NCBI GenBank assembly: GCA_951800645.1 | Contig: CATOIK010000006.1 | Coordinates: 25,508-89,507 of the forward strand | Direction: 5' to 3' | Source of the DNA: an uncultured Eubacteriales bacterium | GTDB lineage: Bacteria > Bacillota > Clostridia > Lachnospirales > Lachnospiraceae | Length of the DNA stretch: 64,000 nucleotides | Shown here: one piece after another, positions 62,620 to 64,000 of the stretch | How the letters are laid out: each line of letters opens with the position of its first letter | Numbering within the stretch: position 1 is the stretch's first letter | The notes under the pieces: generated by a model | The model's database searches: none | Told to the model about the DNA's origin: nothing | The model's input: the letters and a program-made list of their open reading frames with translations, nothing else | Made by a program: the position numbers and the translations under genes

Positions 62620-63396
62620 ATGAAACCAAAACTGGAGGCGTGCGGGGTCAGCTTTTCCTATCACACCCTGGAGGGCGAGACCCCGGCCCTTTCCCAAATA
62701 TCCTTCTCAGTAGAAGCCGGAGAATTCTTGGCTGTGGTAGGGCCTTCCGGCTGCGGCAAATCCACCCTGCTCTCTCTGCTCAGCGGACTGATGGAACCGG
62801 AGGAGGGAACCATTTTTATCGATGGCATCCCCATCCGGGAATCAAACACAAGCATCGGATACATGCTGCAGCGGGATCACTTATTTGAATGGCGCACCAT
62901 TTTTGCCAATGTAGCTCTGGGCCTGGAAATCCAGAAAAAACTGGACGCTTCCTCCCGGTCTTATCTTGAAAAAATGCTTAAAAGCTATGGTCTGGACAGC
63001 TTTGAGGATGCAAAACCGTCTGAGCTTTCCGGCGGAATGCGCCAGCGGGCGGCCCTGATCCGCACCCTGGCCTTAAAGCCGGATCTGCTTTTGCTGGATG
63101 AACCCTTCTCCGCCCTGGACTACCAGACCCGGCTGGAGGTATGCGACGACATCAGCGGCATCATCCGGAAAACTGGAAAGACTGCCATTTTAATCACCCA
63201 CGATCTGGCAGAGGCCATCAGCGTGGCCGACCGGGTGGTGGTTCTCTCCAAGCGCCCCGCAGCTGTAAAAGCCATTTTCCAGGTCACCTTCGCCCCGGAA
63301 TATCACAGCCCCTTAAAGCGAAGAAACGCCCCGGAATTTTCCGGTTACTTCAATCAGGTATGGGAAGCCCTGCAGACAAAAGAGGAGGCGGAGTAA
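62620..63396 (+). CDS. NitT/TauT-type ABC transporter ATPase (YtlC-like)
   Basis: GPSGCGKS, MLQRDHLFEWR, LSGGMRQR, DEPFSALD; ATG 62620 after AGGAGG. Confidence 0.9.
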   Translation: MKPKLEACGVSFSYHTLEGETPALSQISFSVEAGEFLAVVGPSGCGKSTLLSLLSGLMEPEEGTIFIDGIPIRESNTSIGYMLQRDHLFEWRTIFANVALGLEIQKKLDASSRSYLEKMLKSYGLDSFEDAKPSELSGGMRQRAALIRTLALKPDLLLLDEPFSALDYQTRLEVCDDISGIIRKTGKTAILITHDLAEAISVADRVVVLSKRPAAVKAIFQVTFAPEYHSPLKRRNAPEFSGYFNQVWEALQTKEEAE

Positions 63397-63418
63397 TACT
63401 GCTCCGCCTCCTCTTTTG
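63377..63418. terminator. Bidirectional terminator
   Basis: CAAAAGAGGAGGCGGAG/CTCCGCCTCCTCTTTTG. Confidence 0.85.
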
Positions 63419-63424
63419 CTGTGT

Positions 63425-64000
63425 TTATCCAAACCGCCGCTCCAACCATGCAATCCCCTGGTACAAAAGCGCTGACATCACACACAAAATGACGATGGAC
63501 ATCATAACCAGATCCAGCTTAAAAACCTGACTGCCGTAAATGATCAGATACCCCAGCCCCTTTTGAGCCGCCAGGAATTCTCCGATAATCACCCCCACCA
63601 GGCACAGCCCCACATTTACCTTCATATTGCTGATGATAAGAGGCAGACAACCAGGCAGCAGCACCTTGGTCAGCACATCCTTTCTGGTTCCGCCCAGGGC
63701 ATAAATCAGCTTGGTTTTCTCCGGGTCCATATTGGAAAAGCCATTGTGCAGCGTCAAAATAGAACCGAACACTGCCACAGACACCGCCGCCACCACAATC
63801 GTATGGACATGGTTCCCCAGCCACACAATGAGAATGGGAGCCAGGGCTGACTTAGGCAGACTGTTAAGCATCACCAGATGCGGTTCTAAAACTTCTGACG
63901 CACTGCGGCTGGACCACAAAAGCACTGCCGTAAGAATGCCCAGCGCCACAACAACGAAGAAGCTTACCATGGTCTCAAACAGGGTGATTCCCAGATGTCC
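63425..64000 (-). CDS. NitT/TauT-type ABC transporter permease (YtlD-like), truncated by the window edge
   Basis: LNSLPKSALAP, VGVIIGEF, GLGYLI. Confidence 0.88.
   Translation of the reverse strand, partial: GHLGITLFETMVSFFVVVALGILTAVLLWSSRSASEVLEPHLVMLNSLPKSALAPILIVWLGNHVHTIVVAAVSVAVFGSILTLHNGFSNMDPEKTKLIYALGGTRKDVLTKVLLPGCLPLIISNMKVNVGLCLVGVIIGEFLAAQKGLGYLIIYGSQVFKLDLVMMSIVILCVMSALLYQGIAWLERRFG

Overview
A core-genome window from a GC-moderate Clostridia chromosome; gene content and protein sequences suggest Lachnospiraceae (inference). About 60 mostly minus-strand housekeeping genes: tmcAL, coaE, sfsA, polA, tRNA-Leu(CAA), pyrF-pyrK-pyrD-pyrE, a sleC-like gene, pckA, a LexA-boxed Y-family polymerase cassette, upp, lysS-greA-dusB, pfkA-dnaE, uvrC-hprK-murB-rapZ-whiA-HPr-like, the rimP-nusA-infB-rbfA-truB-ribF operon, and an oligopeptide ABC transporter flanked by two M42 peptidases. 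I saw no prophage, CRISPR array or transposase. The most notable signals are non-coding or sub-genic: (1) three, possibly four, copies of a four-way-junction element with CUUG/GAAA-type loops, each starting right after a stop codon (Clostridiales-1-like); (2) a preQ1-I riboswitch controlling an ECF S-component plus a QueL-like radical SAM gene, with no QueK; (3) an HPr paralogue with His15 replaced by Glu; (4) LysRS fused to an extra tRNA-binding OB domain; (5) a MITE-like insert with an 8-bp target duplication; (6) a 49-aa membrane ORF after pyrE that the ORF track missed; (7) a 39-bp tandem array in infB. Family names come from motif recognition only; no database search was run.
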